Source: Holophagaceae bacterium (GTDB lineage Bacteria; Acidobacteriota; Holophagae; Holophagales; Holophagaceae). From it: 64,000 nucleotides of DNA. A program made the position numbers and the translations under genes. Under the pieces are notes generated by a model. It had not been told where the DNA came from. It saw nothing but the letters and a program-made list of their open reading frames with translations, and searched no databases. The DNA lies in assembly GCA_035687325.1 (NCBI GenBank), contig DASRXV010000081.1, positions 14,546 to 78,545 of the forward strand, given 5' to 3'. Shown one piece after another: positions 7,717 through 15,781 of the stretch; position 1 is the stretch's first letter, and each line of letters starts with the position of its first letter.

Positions 7717-9173
7717 AGTTTTCTGAGCTGACCAAGGGTCTCGATATCCAGGGTGTTCACGGGCCGGACGCGGAGGTCGTGGATCTCAGCTGTGACAGCC
7801 GCGAGATCGCGCCCGGCTGGGCCTTCGTGGCACTCAAGGGCGAGAAGGTGGACGGCGTCGAGTTCATCCCGCAGGTGCTGGCCCAGGGCGCTTCCGCCAT
7901 CCTCAGCGAATCGCCGGCCGAGGTTCCGGAAGGCGTAGCATCCGCGCGGATGGTGGAGGGCCGCTTCACCATGGGCCATCTCGCGAAGCGCGTACATGGC
8001 GATCCAGACGAGCAGCTCGCCCTCATCGGTGTCACCGGCACCAATGGCAAGACCACCACCACGACGATCATCCGCCAGCTGCTTCGCGGCGCGGGCATCG
8101 GCTGCGGCCTCGTGGGCACGGTGCTCAACGCAGCTGGCGATGCGGAGGAGGAAGCCGTCCGCACCACGCCGGAGAGCCCCAGCTTCTATCGCTGGTTGCG
8201 CCGCAGCGTGGAGGCGGGCGACCGCGCCTCTGCTGTGGAGGTGAGCAGCATCGGGCTCGATCTGGGCCGCGTGGCGGGCGCGCGCTTCACGGTGGGCGTC
8301 TTCACGAACCTCACCCAGGACCACCTGGACTTTCACGGCGATATGGAGACCTACTTCGCCGCGAAGCGGAAACTGGCGGACCAGTGCGACCGCTTTCTCG
8401 TGAATGTGGATGATCCCCGCGGCCGCGAATGGCTGGCCGCCGCCGATCACATGAGCTACGCCATCGAGCGCCCCGCCTGCTACCGCGCTTCGGATCTGGA
8501 GATGGAGACGACTGGGACACGGTTCAGGCTCCACAACGCCGTGGGCAGCTGGCCCGTCGAGAGCCCGCTGCTGGGCCGATTCAACGCCTACAACCTGCTG
8601 GCCGCCTTGGCCGCCTGCATCGAGGCCGGGTTCCAGATCGAAATGCTGCTCCCTGCCGTGAAGGGCCTTACGGGCGCGCCCGGCCGCCTGGAGCGCGTGA
8701 ACTGTGGTCAGCCCTTCGGCGTCATGGTGGACTACGCCCACACGCCGGACGCCCTGGAGAAGCTGCTCGCCGAAGGCCGCCGCCTGCTGCCCCCGGGCGG
8801 GCGGCTGCATGTGCTCTTCGGCTGCGGTGGCGACCGCGATCGCACCAAGCGCCCGCTCATGGCGGAAGCGGTCGCGAAGACCGCTGATGTTATCTGGCAC
8901 ACCTCCGACAACCCGCGGGATGAGGATCCAGAGCGCATCCTGGACGATGCCGCGCCGGGCATTCCGGAAGTCATCCGCCGCGATCCCGGCCGCTACCACC
9001 GGGACTCGGACCGCGCGGCCATGGTGCGTCTCGCCCTGACGGATTGCCGCCCCGGCGACTTGCTGCTGCTGGCGGGGAAGGGGCACGAGCCTTACCAGGA
9101 AGTGAAGGGCCATAAGCTGCCGTACAGCGATCGCGGCGCTGTGGAGGCATTCTTCGCGAGGAGTCCCGCATGA
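7713..9173 (+). CDS. murE: UDP-N-acetylmuramoyl-L-alanyl-D-glutamate--2,6-diaminopimelate ligase
   Basis: 486 aa. P-loop GVTGTNGKTTTT and DNPR motif (TSDNPRDEDP). GTGA start/stop overlap with ftsI. Confidence 0.95.
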   Translation: MKFSELTKGLDIQGVHGPDAEVVDLSCDSREIAPGWAFVALKGEKVDGVEFIPQVLAQGASAILSESPAEVPEGVASARMVEGRFTMGHLAKRVHGDPDEQLALIGVTGTNGKTTTTTIIRQLLRGAGIGCGLVGTVLNAAGDAEEEAVRTTPESPSFYRWLRRSVEAGDRASAVEVSSIGLDLGRVAGARFTVGVFTNLTQDHLDFHGDMETYFAAKRKLADQCDRFLVNVDDPRGREWLAAADHMSYAIERPACYRASDLEMETTGTRFRLHNAVGSWPVESPLLGRFNAYNLLAALAACIEAGFQIEMLLPAVKGLTGAPGRLERVNCGQPFGVMVDYAHTPDALEKLLAEGRRLLPPGGRLHVLFGCGGDRDRTKRPLMAEAVAKTADVIWHTSDNPRDEDPERILDDAAPGIPEVIRRDPGRYHRDSDRAAMVRLALTDCRPGDLLLLAGKGHEPYQEVKGHKLPYSDRGAVEAFFARSPA

Positions 9174-9670
9174 ACGACGAGATCCGCACTTTCGCTCGCA
9201 TCTTCGACCGCGACCTCGCCGTGCTGGAGCGCGAGGTGTCGCTCTATCCCAGCGACGCCGGCCTCTGGAAGCCCGTGGAGGGCCAGCCCACCCTGGGCGG
9301 CAACCTGGCGCTCCATCTCGCGGGCAATCTGCGGCATTTCCTGGGCGCTGTGCTGGGCGGCAGCGGTTTCAAGCGTGATCGCGACGGCGAATTCAGCGCC
9401 CGCGGTCTCTCCCGCGACGCCGTGATCGCGGAGATCCGGCTCACGCGTTCCGATGTGGCGATGGCGCTCGCGAAACTGGACCCGGCCTTGCTTGACCAGC
9501 CCTTTCCTGAAGCCATCCGTGGCCACACGCTGCCCGTCCGCATGGTGCTCGTCCATCTGATCACGCACCTGTCTTTCCACCTGGGCCAGCTGGATTACCA
9601 TCGCCGCGCGGCCACGGGCGACCGGACCTCCGCGGAGCCGGGCGGCTTCGCGCAGCTGATGGACAACTGA
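9170..9670 (+). CDS. DinB/YfiT-fold family protein (putative metal-dependent, thiol-transferase-like)
   Basis: 166 aa. Spaced His residues typical of the four-helix DinB fold (HLAGNLRHF ... HLITHLSFHLGQLDYH). ATGA overlap with the murE stop, and its TGA abuts the murF GTG. Confidence 0.75.
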   Translation: MNDEIRTFARIFDRDLAVLEREVSLYPSDAGLWKPVEGQPTLGGNLALHLAGNLRHFLGAVLGGSGFKRDRDGEFSARGLSRDAVIAEIRLTRSDVAMALAKLDPALLDQPFPEAIRGHTLPVRMVLVHLITHLSFHLGQLDYHRRAATGDRTSAEPGGFAQLMDN

Positions 9671-11035
9671 GTGGCGGCATTCTTCACCCTCGCCGAAGCC
9701 GCGCACCGCGTGGGCGGAAGCGTGGTGGGAGATGGCGATGCCGCGCCGCGCGGGCTGTCCATCGACACGCGGACGATCCAACCCGGCGAATGCTTCGTGG
9801 CGTTGCGGGCGGAGCGGGATGGCCACGATTTCGCCGCCACGGCGGTCGAGAAGGGCGCGTCCTGCCTGCTCGTGGATCACGCGCTGCCGTTCGAGATCCC
9901 TCAGCTCGTCGTCCCCGGCACGCTCGCGGCCATGCAGGCCTGGGGCGCGGCGCGGCTGGCGGAGCTGCGGCCCCGCGCGGTGTTCGGCGTGACCGGTTCC
10001 GTGGGCAAGACGAGCACGAAGGAGCTGCTGGCGGGCGCGACCGGTGGATGGAAGACGCCGGGCAACCGCAACAACACGCTGGGCCTTCCCCAGGCGCTGG
10101 CTTCGTACCCAGGCAGCTTCGAGGCTGTCGTGCTGGAGATGGGCATGAGCACGCCCGGCGAGATCCGCCGCCTGACGGAGATCGCGCCGCCTGACTTCGG
10201 CGTCATCACGAACATCGGCCCGGCCCATCTGGAGAATTTCACGGAAGGCCAGCAGGGCATCGCGCAGGCCAAAGGCGAACTGGTGGCGGGACTGCGGTCC
10301 GGTGGCGTCTGGGTCTTCCATGCCGAAGACGCCTGGTGCCGCTGGATCGCGGAGCAGCCCTGGGCCTCCCATGCCCGCGCCGCGGCTGTGGGCGATGGAG
10401 AAGCCTACGGTGTCGAATCCATCTCGTCCCTCGGCCCCCGCGGCGAGAGGTTCGCGCTGCGAACGCCGGGAGGCCCGCTCGATATCGAGCTCAAGCTGCG
10501 GGGCCGTCATCAGATCGGCAACGCCGCCCTGGCGGCCGTGGTGGCGCTGCTGGCTGGATTCGATCGCGATACCGTCATCCGCGGTCTCGGCGCCGTGATG
10601 CCGGAGGCGGGTCGTGGCCGCCTCCACGCGTTGAGGGGCGGCGGCTGGCTGCTGGATGAGACCTACAACGCCAGCCCCGATTCCATCACGGCCTGCGCGG
10701 CGGCGCTGCTGGAGCTGGAAGGCGGCGAACCCGCGGCGGTGCTGGGCTCCATGCGGGAGCTGGGGGCCGATGCCCCCGCGATCCATCGCGCCACGGGCGC
10801 GGCCCTGAAGAAGGCGGGTCTCTCGCGGCTCTGGGCCTTCGGCGAATTCGCGGCCGACTTCGCGGCGGGTTTCGGCCCCGGAGCCGCGGCTTTCGCGGAT
10901 TTCGAGCCGCTGAGGGATGATCCTGGCGGGCTGGGTGCGATCCCATCTGGCGCCCGCATTCTCGTGAAGGGCAGCCGCTTCTGGAGGTCGGAACGGGTCG
11001 TGGAATGGCTGCTCTTGAATACAGGCGTAGACTAG
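9671..11035 (+). CDS. murF: UDP-N-acetylmuramoyl-tripeptide--D-alanyl-D-alanine ligase
   Basis: 454 aa. GVTGSVGKTSTKE P-loop and Mur ligase middle and C-terminal domains. GTG start. Confidence 0.9.
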   Translation: MAAFFTLAEAAHRVGGSVVGDGDAAPRGLSIDTRTIQPGECFVALRAERDGHDFAATAVEKGASCLLVDHALPFEIPQLVVPGTLAAMQAWGAARLAELRPRAVFGVTGSVGKTSTKELLAGATGGWKTPGNRNNTLGLPQALASYPGSFEAVVLEMGMSTPGEIRRLTEIAPPDFGVITNIGPAHLENFTEGQQGIAQAKGELVAGLRSGGVWVFHAEDAWCRWIAEQPWASHARAAAVGDGEAYGVESISSLGPRGERFALRTPGGPLDIELKLRGRHQIGNAALAAVVALLAGFDRDTVIRGLGAVMPEAGRGRLHALRGGGWLLDETYNASPDSITACAAALLELEGGEPAAVLGSMRELGADAPAIHRATGAALKKAGLSRLWAFGEFAADFAAGFGPGAAAFADFEPLRDDPGGLGAIPSGARILVKGSRFWRSERVVEWLLLNTGVD

Positions 11036-11060
11036 GCGAAAACCTGCAAGGGGGCCACCG

Positions 11061-12257
11061 ATGGCCGAATTCACTCGGGACGATGTCATCGAGAAGGTGA
11101 GAAACCACATCTCACTGGAATTCGCCGATCTGAGGGGGCTGGACCTGCGGGGCATCGACTTCCGCAAGGCGAACCTCAGCGGCGCCGAAATGTCCGAGAC
11201 GCGGTTGAACGGCGCGCGCCTGGGCTCGGCGAACCTCCAGAAGACCAAGCTCTTCGAGGCCGATCTCACAACGGTGGATCTCTCGGGCGCGAACCTGGCA
11301 GGGGCCAACCTGCAGAAGGCCATCCTCGTGGGCGCGAACCTCGCCCACGCCGCGCTGCAGGGCGCGACGCTGCGTTTCGCGGACCTCTCCGGCGCCACGC
11401 TGACCCATGCGGATCTCTCCGGCGCGGATCTCGTGCGGAGCAAGTGCCGCGAGGCGGATATGCGCGAAGCCATCCTCACGGACGCGGACCTGGGCAGCGC
11501 CTTTTTCCGCGGCGCGCTGCTGAGGGGCGCGAACTTCACAGGCGCCAACATCGAGGGCGCGGTGGGCCTGGACCCGGCGCTCACGAGTGCCTCCATGGGC
11601 ATGCCCATGCTGGACCTGACCCAGCGGGGCGCGCGGCGGCCTGGGCCCACGACGCTTGGCTACAGCGGGGGCACCGGACCCCAGAGCGGTTCCGGGACGG
11701 CCATGGACACGCCCGGGGGCTTCAAGCAGACCCGCGTCGCCAAAGGGCCGAAACCCAGCAAGTACCACGCGGAGCTCCGGCGGGTGCCCTCCGTGATCTT
11801 CACGCCCAATGGCTGGATCCGCGGCGTCTTCCATGTGCCCGTCATGCACGGCTTCCTGGAACACCTCAACCTCGTGGGGGACTTCTTCAAGCTCACGGAT
11901 GTGACGCTGCCGGACCTGAAGCTGGAGCTCAAGTTCTTCGGGCTGCGCCGCAGCAAGGCGCTCATCGTGCTGCCCGATTGCGATCCCAAGATCCTCGCGC
12001 TGCCCCAGATCACGGCGGACTACACGGTTCACCGTGTCTCCTTCCTCATGGAGGGCGGCACCGTCACCGGAAGCCTCGCCATCGAGGAGGACATCCGCCT
12101 CTCGGACTACCTCACCCACCACGACCATTTCGTTGTGCTGAAGAACTGCCGCTTCGGAGCCTACGACACGGGCCCGGATGAAGAGAGCCGCTTTCCCTTC
12201 CTGCTCGTGAACACCGCGGGCGTCATCGGCGGGTCAGATGAAAAATTGGACAGCTAG
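11061..12257 (+). CDS. pentapeptide-repeat protein with a linker and an unassigned ~170-aa C-terminal domain
   Basis: 398 aa. Residues ~20-165 are continuous A(D/N)LxG-type pentapeptide repeats (ADLRGLDLRGIDFRKANLSGAEM...). A Gly/Pro/Ser-rich linker follows. The C-terminal domain (KYHAELRRVPSVIFTPNGWIRGVFHVP...FLLVNTAGVIGGSD) matches no motif I recognise. Confidence 0.8.
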   Translation: MAEFTRDDVIEKVRNHISLEFADLRGLDLRGIDFRKANLSGAEMSETRLNGARLGSANLQKTKLFEADLTTVDLSGANLAGANLQKAILVGANLAHAALQGATLRFADLSGATLTHADLSGADLVRSKCREADMREAILTDADLGSAFFRGALLRGANFTGANIEGAVGLDPALTSASMGMPMLDLTQRGARRPGPTTLGYSGGTGPQSGSGTAMDTPGGFKQTRVAKGPKPSKYHAELRRVPSVIFTPNGWIRGVFHVPVMHGFLEHLNLVGDFFKLTDVTLPDLKLELKFFGLRRSKALIVLPDCDPKILALPQITADYTVHRVSFLMEGGTVTGSLAIEEDIRLSDYLTHHDHFVVLKNCRFGAYDTGPDEESRFPFLLVNTAGVIGGSDEKLDS

Positions 12258-13768
12258 GGGCCCGGTTCCAATCTGATGTTGCCCGGCAACGGATCACTCG
12301 GCCCGAGCCTGCCCTTCCAGGGTTTGTACCCGCTCTTCTCGATCCGGACTTCCTTCGGCGCGGACGGGATGGAGAGCAGGTCCATGGGCGTGGTGCCCAC
12401 TTGGCGGCCGCCCATGAAGACCGCGGCGCCGGGAGGATCGGTGATGACGCTGGTGAAGCCGGCGGGAGCCAGGGGCGCGGCAGGCGCCACCTGGGCGGCG
12501 GCCTCCCGGGCGCGGCGGGAGCGCAAGTAGTTCCATCCCACCAGTCCCGCCAGGATGAGGAAGGCGGCGGTGAGCGGGCCTCTGTAGCTCTTCGGCTGGA
12601 CCTCGGGCGTCGGCGGCAGGTGCACGCGGCCCGCGTGGGCCTGGACCATGGGTGCGGCGATCCCCACACGGATCTGTTTGGCGAGTTCCGAAGGGGCGGG
12701 AAGGTCGTCGCCGCCCTCGCCATTCCGGAAGAGTCCTGAGGGCGGACCCATGAGGCGTGTCGAGCTGCTTTCCTTCGCGCGGGCGCGGGCCCTCGGCGTG
12801 CTCGCGGAGGTGCGCGGCGAGAAGTCCGTGGGCGTGGGCATGTCCTGGGTCACCATGTCGCCGGGCAGGGGTGTGGGCGTGCGGTCTACGGGCCGCGCGG
12901 GCAGGGCCGCCATCGCGCCGTAGGCGTCCGCCAGATCCTCCAGCAACGCCTGGGAGGTCCCGTAGCGGCGCTCCGGATCCCGGTGCAGGGCCTTGAGGAA
13001 GACCCGGGCGGCGGGGTTCGGCATGTCCGGCGGCAGCTCCGGTTCCGAATTGACGATGTGGCTCATGAGCGCGTGGATGGTGGCGCCCTTGTGGGGCAGC
13101 ACGCCGCGGTTGAAGAGCTGGAAGGCCGTCACGGCGAAGGCGTAGCGGTCCGTGGCGGGCGAGGCCCTCTCTCCCGATAGCAGCTCCGGCGCCGTGTGCG
13201 TGGGCGTGCCCACGAGCATGCCCGTGGTGGTGAGGCTGGTGCTCGTCTCCTCTTTGGCGACGCCGAAGTCCGTGAGCTTGAGGACGCCATCCCGGCTCAC
13301 GAGCATGTTCTCGGGCTTGATATCGCGGTGGATCACGCCCGCCCGGGCCGCGGCCGCGAGCGCCTGCGCGGTCTGGGCCAGCAGGTCCACGGCGATGGCG
13401 GGCTGGACGGGCCCGGCCTGGATGAGGCTGGCCATGGAGGAGCCATCCACGAATTCCATGGTCATGAAGGGGCCGATGCCCGGGTCATTGCCCACATCGA
13501 AGACCGTGACGATGTTCGGGTGGTTCAGCCGCGCGCTGATCTCGGACTCGCGCTGGAACCGCTCCAGCATGTCCGCCGAATCGGCGCGGCCCGCCAGCAC
13601 CGTCTTCACGGCCACTTGCCGCTTGAGCAGCGGATCCTGGCAGAGGTAGACCGCGCCCATGCCGCCTTCCCCGAGAAGGCGGATCACCTGGTACCGGCCG
13701 ATGGTCTGGGGCTCGCTGGACATGGTCCGCACCCGGACGGAAGGGGAAAGAGGCTGCGGCGCAAGCAT
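12254..13768 (-). CDS. Hanks-type Ser/Thr protein kinase, single TM, extracytoplasmic PEGA domain
   Basis: Kinase motifs LGEGGMGAVY, VAVK, HRDIKPENML, DFG, APE. A Pro-rich linker is followed by a TM segment (LTAAFLILAGLVGW). The C-terminal segment ITDPPGAAVFMGGRQVGTTP...VRIEKSGYKPW is PEGA-like. The start is uncertain: ATG 13768 is given here, ATG 13723 and TTG 13813 are alternatives. Confidence 0.85.
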   Translation of the reverse strand: MLAPQPLSPSVRVRTMSSEPQTIGRYQVIRLLGEGGMGAVYLCQDPLLKRQVAVKTVLAGRADSADMLERFQRESEISARLNHPNIVTVFDVGNDPGIGPFMTMEFVDGSSMASLIQAGPVQPAIAVDLLAQTAQALAAAARAGVIHRDIKPENMLVSRDGVLKLTDFGVAKEETSTSLTTTGMLVGTPTHTAPELLSGERASPATDRYAFAVTAFQLFNRGVLPHKGATIHALMSHIVNSEPELPPDMPNPAARVFLKALHRDPERRYGTSQALLEDLADAYGAMAALPARPVDRTPTPLPGDMVTQDMPTPTDFSPRTSASTPRARARAKESSSTRLMGPPSGLFRNGEGGDDLPAPSELAKQIRVGIAAPMVQAHAGRVHLPPTPEVQPKSYRGPLTAAFLILAGLVGWNYLRSRRAREAAAQVAPAAPLAPAGFTSVITDPPGAAVFMGGRQVGTTPMDLLSIPSAPKEVRIEKSGYKPWKGRLGPSDPLPGNIRLEPGP

Positions 13769-13843
13769 ACTCCCCTCAGGAAGGAGAGTGGGTAATTTCC
13801 GGCGTGGAGACAATCCGGCCCCGCTTCAGGCCACAATGGGTCC

Positions 13844-14932
13844 ATGTTGCCGCGCCTCTTCGAATTGTTCCGCGACCATGTCCCCGGCGCCGGGGTCATG
13901 CGCTACATCACCTTCCGCGCCGCCATGGCCGCGGCGACGGCGATGCTCCTCAGCCTGCTCTTGGGCCCGTGGATGATCCGCACGCTGCGCCGCCTCAAGA
14001 TGGGCCAGCACATCCGCGAGGAAGGTCCCAAGCACCACCAGGGCAAGGCAGGCACGCCCACCATGGGCGGGCTCCTCATGATCGTCGTGATCCTCATCTC
14101 CACGCTGCTCTGGTGCGAGCTGCGCAGCGGCGCCATCTGGGTGACGCTCATCGCCCTCGTGGGCTTCGGGGCCGTGGGCGCCTTCGACGATGCCAAGAAA
14201 CTCTTCAAGAAGCAGAACCTAGGCCTCACGAGCCGCCAGAAGATGGCGATGCTCACGCTCATCACGCTGGGCATCGCCTGGCTCACACTGCACTACGGCC
14301 TCCGGGGCCACGACACCAGCCACCTCTCGGTGCCCTTCTTCAAGAACTTCCGGCCGGACCTGGGCATCCTGCTCATCCCGTGGATCTGGCTCGTGGTGGT
14401 GGGCACCAGCAACGCTGTGAACCTCACGGACGGCTTGGACGGCCTCGCGGCGGGCGGGCTGCTGGTGGTGTCCATCACCTTCGCCATCCTGGCCTACACC
14501 ATCGGCAACGCGAAGATCGCGGCCTATCTCGTGGTGCCCCATGTGCCCGGCGGCGCGGAGCTGGCGGTGTTCATGGGCGCGGTGGCGGGCGCCTGCATGG
14601 GCTTCCTCTGGTACAACGCCCACCCGGCGGAAATCTTCATGGGCGACACGGGCTCGCTGGCCCTGGGCGGCGCGCTGGGCGTGGTGGCCGTCATCATCAA
14701 GCAGGAACTGCTGCTGCTCATCGCCGGAGGCCTCTTCGTCATCGAGGCCGTGAGCGTGATCCTGCAGGTGGGCAGCTTCCGCCTCCGCGGCGGCAAGCGC
14801 ATCTTCCGCATGGCGCCCTTCCACCACCACATGGAACTGGGCGGACTGGCGGAGACGAAAGTCGTGATCCGCCTCTGGATCACCGCCATCGTCTGCTGCA
14901 TCCTCGCGCTGAGCTCGCTGAAGCTGCGATAG
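13844..14932 (+). CDS. mraY: phospho-N-acetylmuramoyl-pentapeptide transferase
   Basis: 362 aa polytopic protein with typical MraY segments (AGTPTMGG, NAVNLTDGLDGLA, GDTGSLALGG, APFHHH). Confidence 0.95.
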   Translation: MLPRLFELFRDHVPGAGVMRYITFRAAMAAATAMLLSLLLGPWMIRTLRRLKMGQHIREEGPKHHQGKAGTPTMGGLLMIVVILISTLLWCELRSGAIWVTLIALVGFGAVGAFDDAKKLFKKQNLGLTSRQKMAMLTLITLGIAWLTLHYGLRGHDTSHLSVPFFKNFRPDLGILLIPWIWLVVVGTSNAVNLTDGLDGLAAGGLLVVSITFAILAYTIGNAKIAAYLVVPHVPGGAELAVFMGAVAGACMGFLWYNAHPAEIFMGDTGSLALGGALGVVAVIIKQELLLLIAGGLFVIEAVSVILQVGSFRLRGGKRIFRMAPFHHHMELGGLAETKVVIRLWITAIVCCILALSSLKLR

Positions 14933-14937
14933 AGGGG

Positions 14938-15699
14938 TTAACCCGCCTGGTTCGCTGTGGTGATCTCGGGCACGCCCGTCACGGGCCTGCCGAAGACATA
15001 GCCCTGGCCCCAAGGCACATCGGCATCGGTGATGGCCGTGAGCTCCTCCGGCGTCTCGATGCCTTCGGCGATGAAACCCACACGCATGGCGCGGGCGAAG
15101 TGGGCCAGGGCGTTCAGCAGGGCGGACTGGTAGGGGCGGCGGTGGGCCTGCTCCACGAGGCTGCGGTCGGCCTTGATGAAATCCGGCGCGAGCCGCGCCA
15201 TGTGGGAGAGGCTGGCCACGCCGGAACCGAGATCATCCACGGCGATGCGCAGGCCCATCACGCGCAGACGCCTCGCGTAGTCCTTGAGGTCATCGAGATT
15301 GTGGACGCTCTGGGCTTCGGTGAACTCCATGACCACCTGGTCGGGGCGGATGGAGAGGTTCTCCAGCCAGCGCGGGATGGCCTCCCAGAACGCGGCGTTC
15401 TCCAGCGTCCGCGGCTCCAGGTTCACGAAATGCAGGTGCGAGAGGGCCGGGGGCAGCTGGGCCAGGGTCTCGAAGGTCGTGGACAGGCACTTCAGATCCA
15501 AGGCTGTCCGCTGGGCCTCGGGCAAGTGGAGATCGGTGAGGAGTATCCCGGAGCTGCGCTCCACACCTCCCTCGTCCACGAAATGCGTGAGGTATTCGCG
15601 CGCCTCCAGCCGCATGGACCGGAGGTTCATGATGGGCTGCGTCACGGGGACGAGAGGGATCTCGTCCGCCAGAATCTTGGTGAGGAGCTGGGGCTCCAT
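14938..15699 (-). CDS. stand-alone EAL-domain protein (putative c-di-GMP phosphodiesterase)
   Basis: 253 aa from ATG 15699; the longer ORF reaching 15924 would overlap murD. Motifs: QPIMNL...EAR (EAL position, Glu kept), NLE, EFTE, DDLGSG, KADRS, EGIET, QGYVFGRP. Confidence 0.8.
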   Translation of the reverse strand: MEPQLLTKILADEIPLVPVTQPIMNLRSMRLEAREYLTHFVDEGGVERSSGILLTDLHLPEAQRTALDLKCLSTTFETLAQLPPALSHLHFVNLEPRTLENAAFWEAIPRWLENLSIRPDQVVMEFTEAQSVHNLDDLKDYARRLRVMGLRIAVDDLGSGVASLSHMARLAPDFIKADRSLVEQAHRRPYQSALLNALAHFARAMRVGFIAEGIETPEELTAITDADVPWGQGYVFGRPVTGVPEITTANQAG

Positions 15700-15781
15700 C
15701 CGGTCTCCATGTGGGGCTTGGGACAGAGTAGCGCTGTCCGCGAATTCCGCTAGCCCGGGGTAGGCTGGGAGGGGAGGCCCC

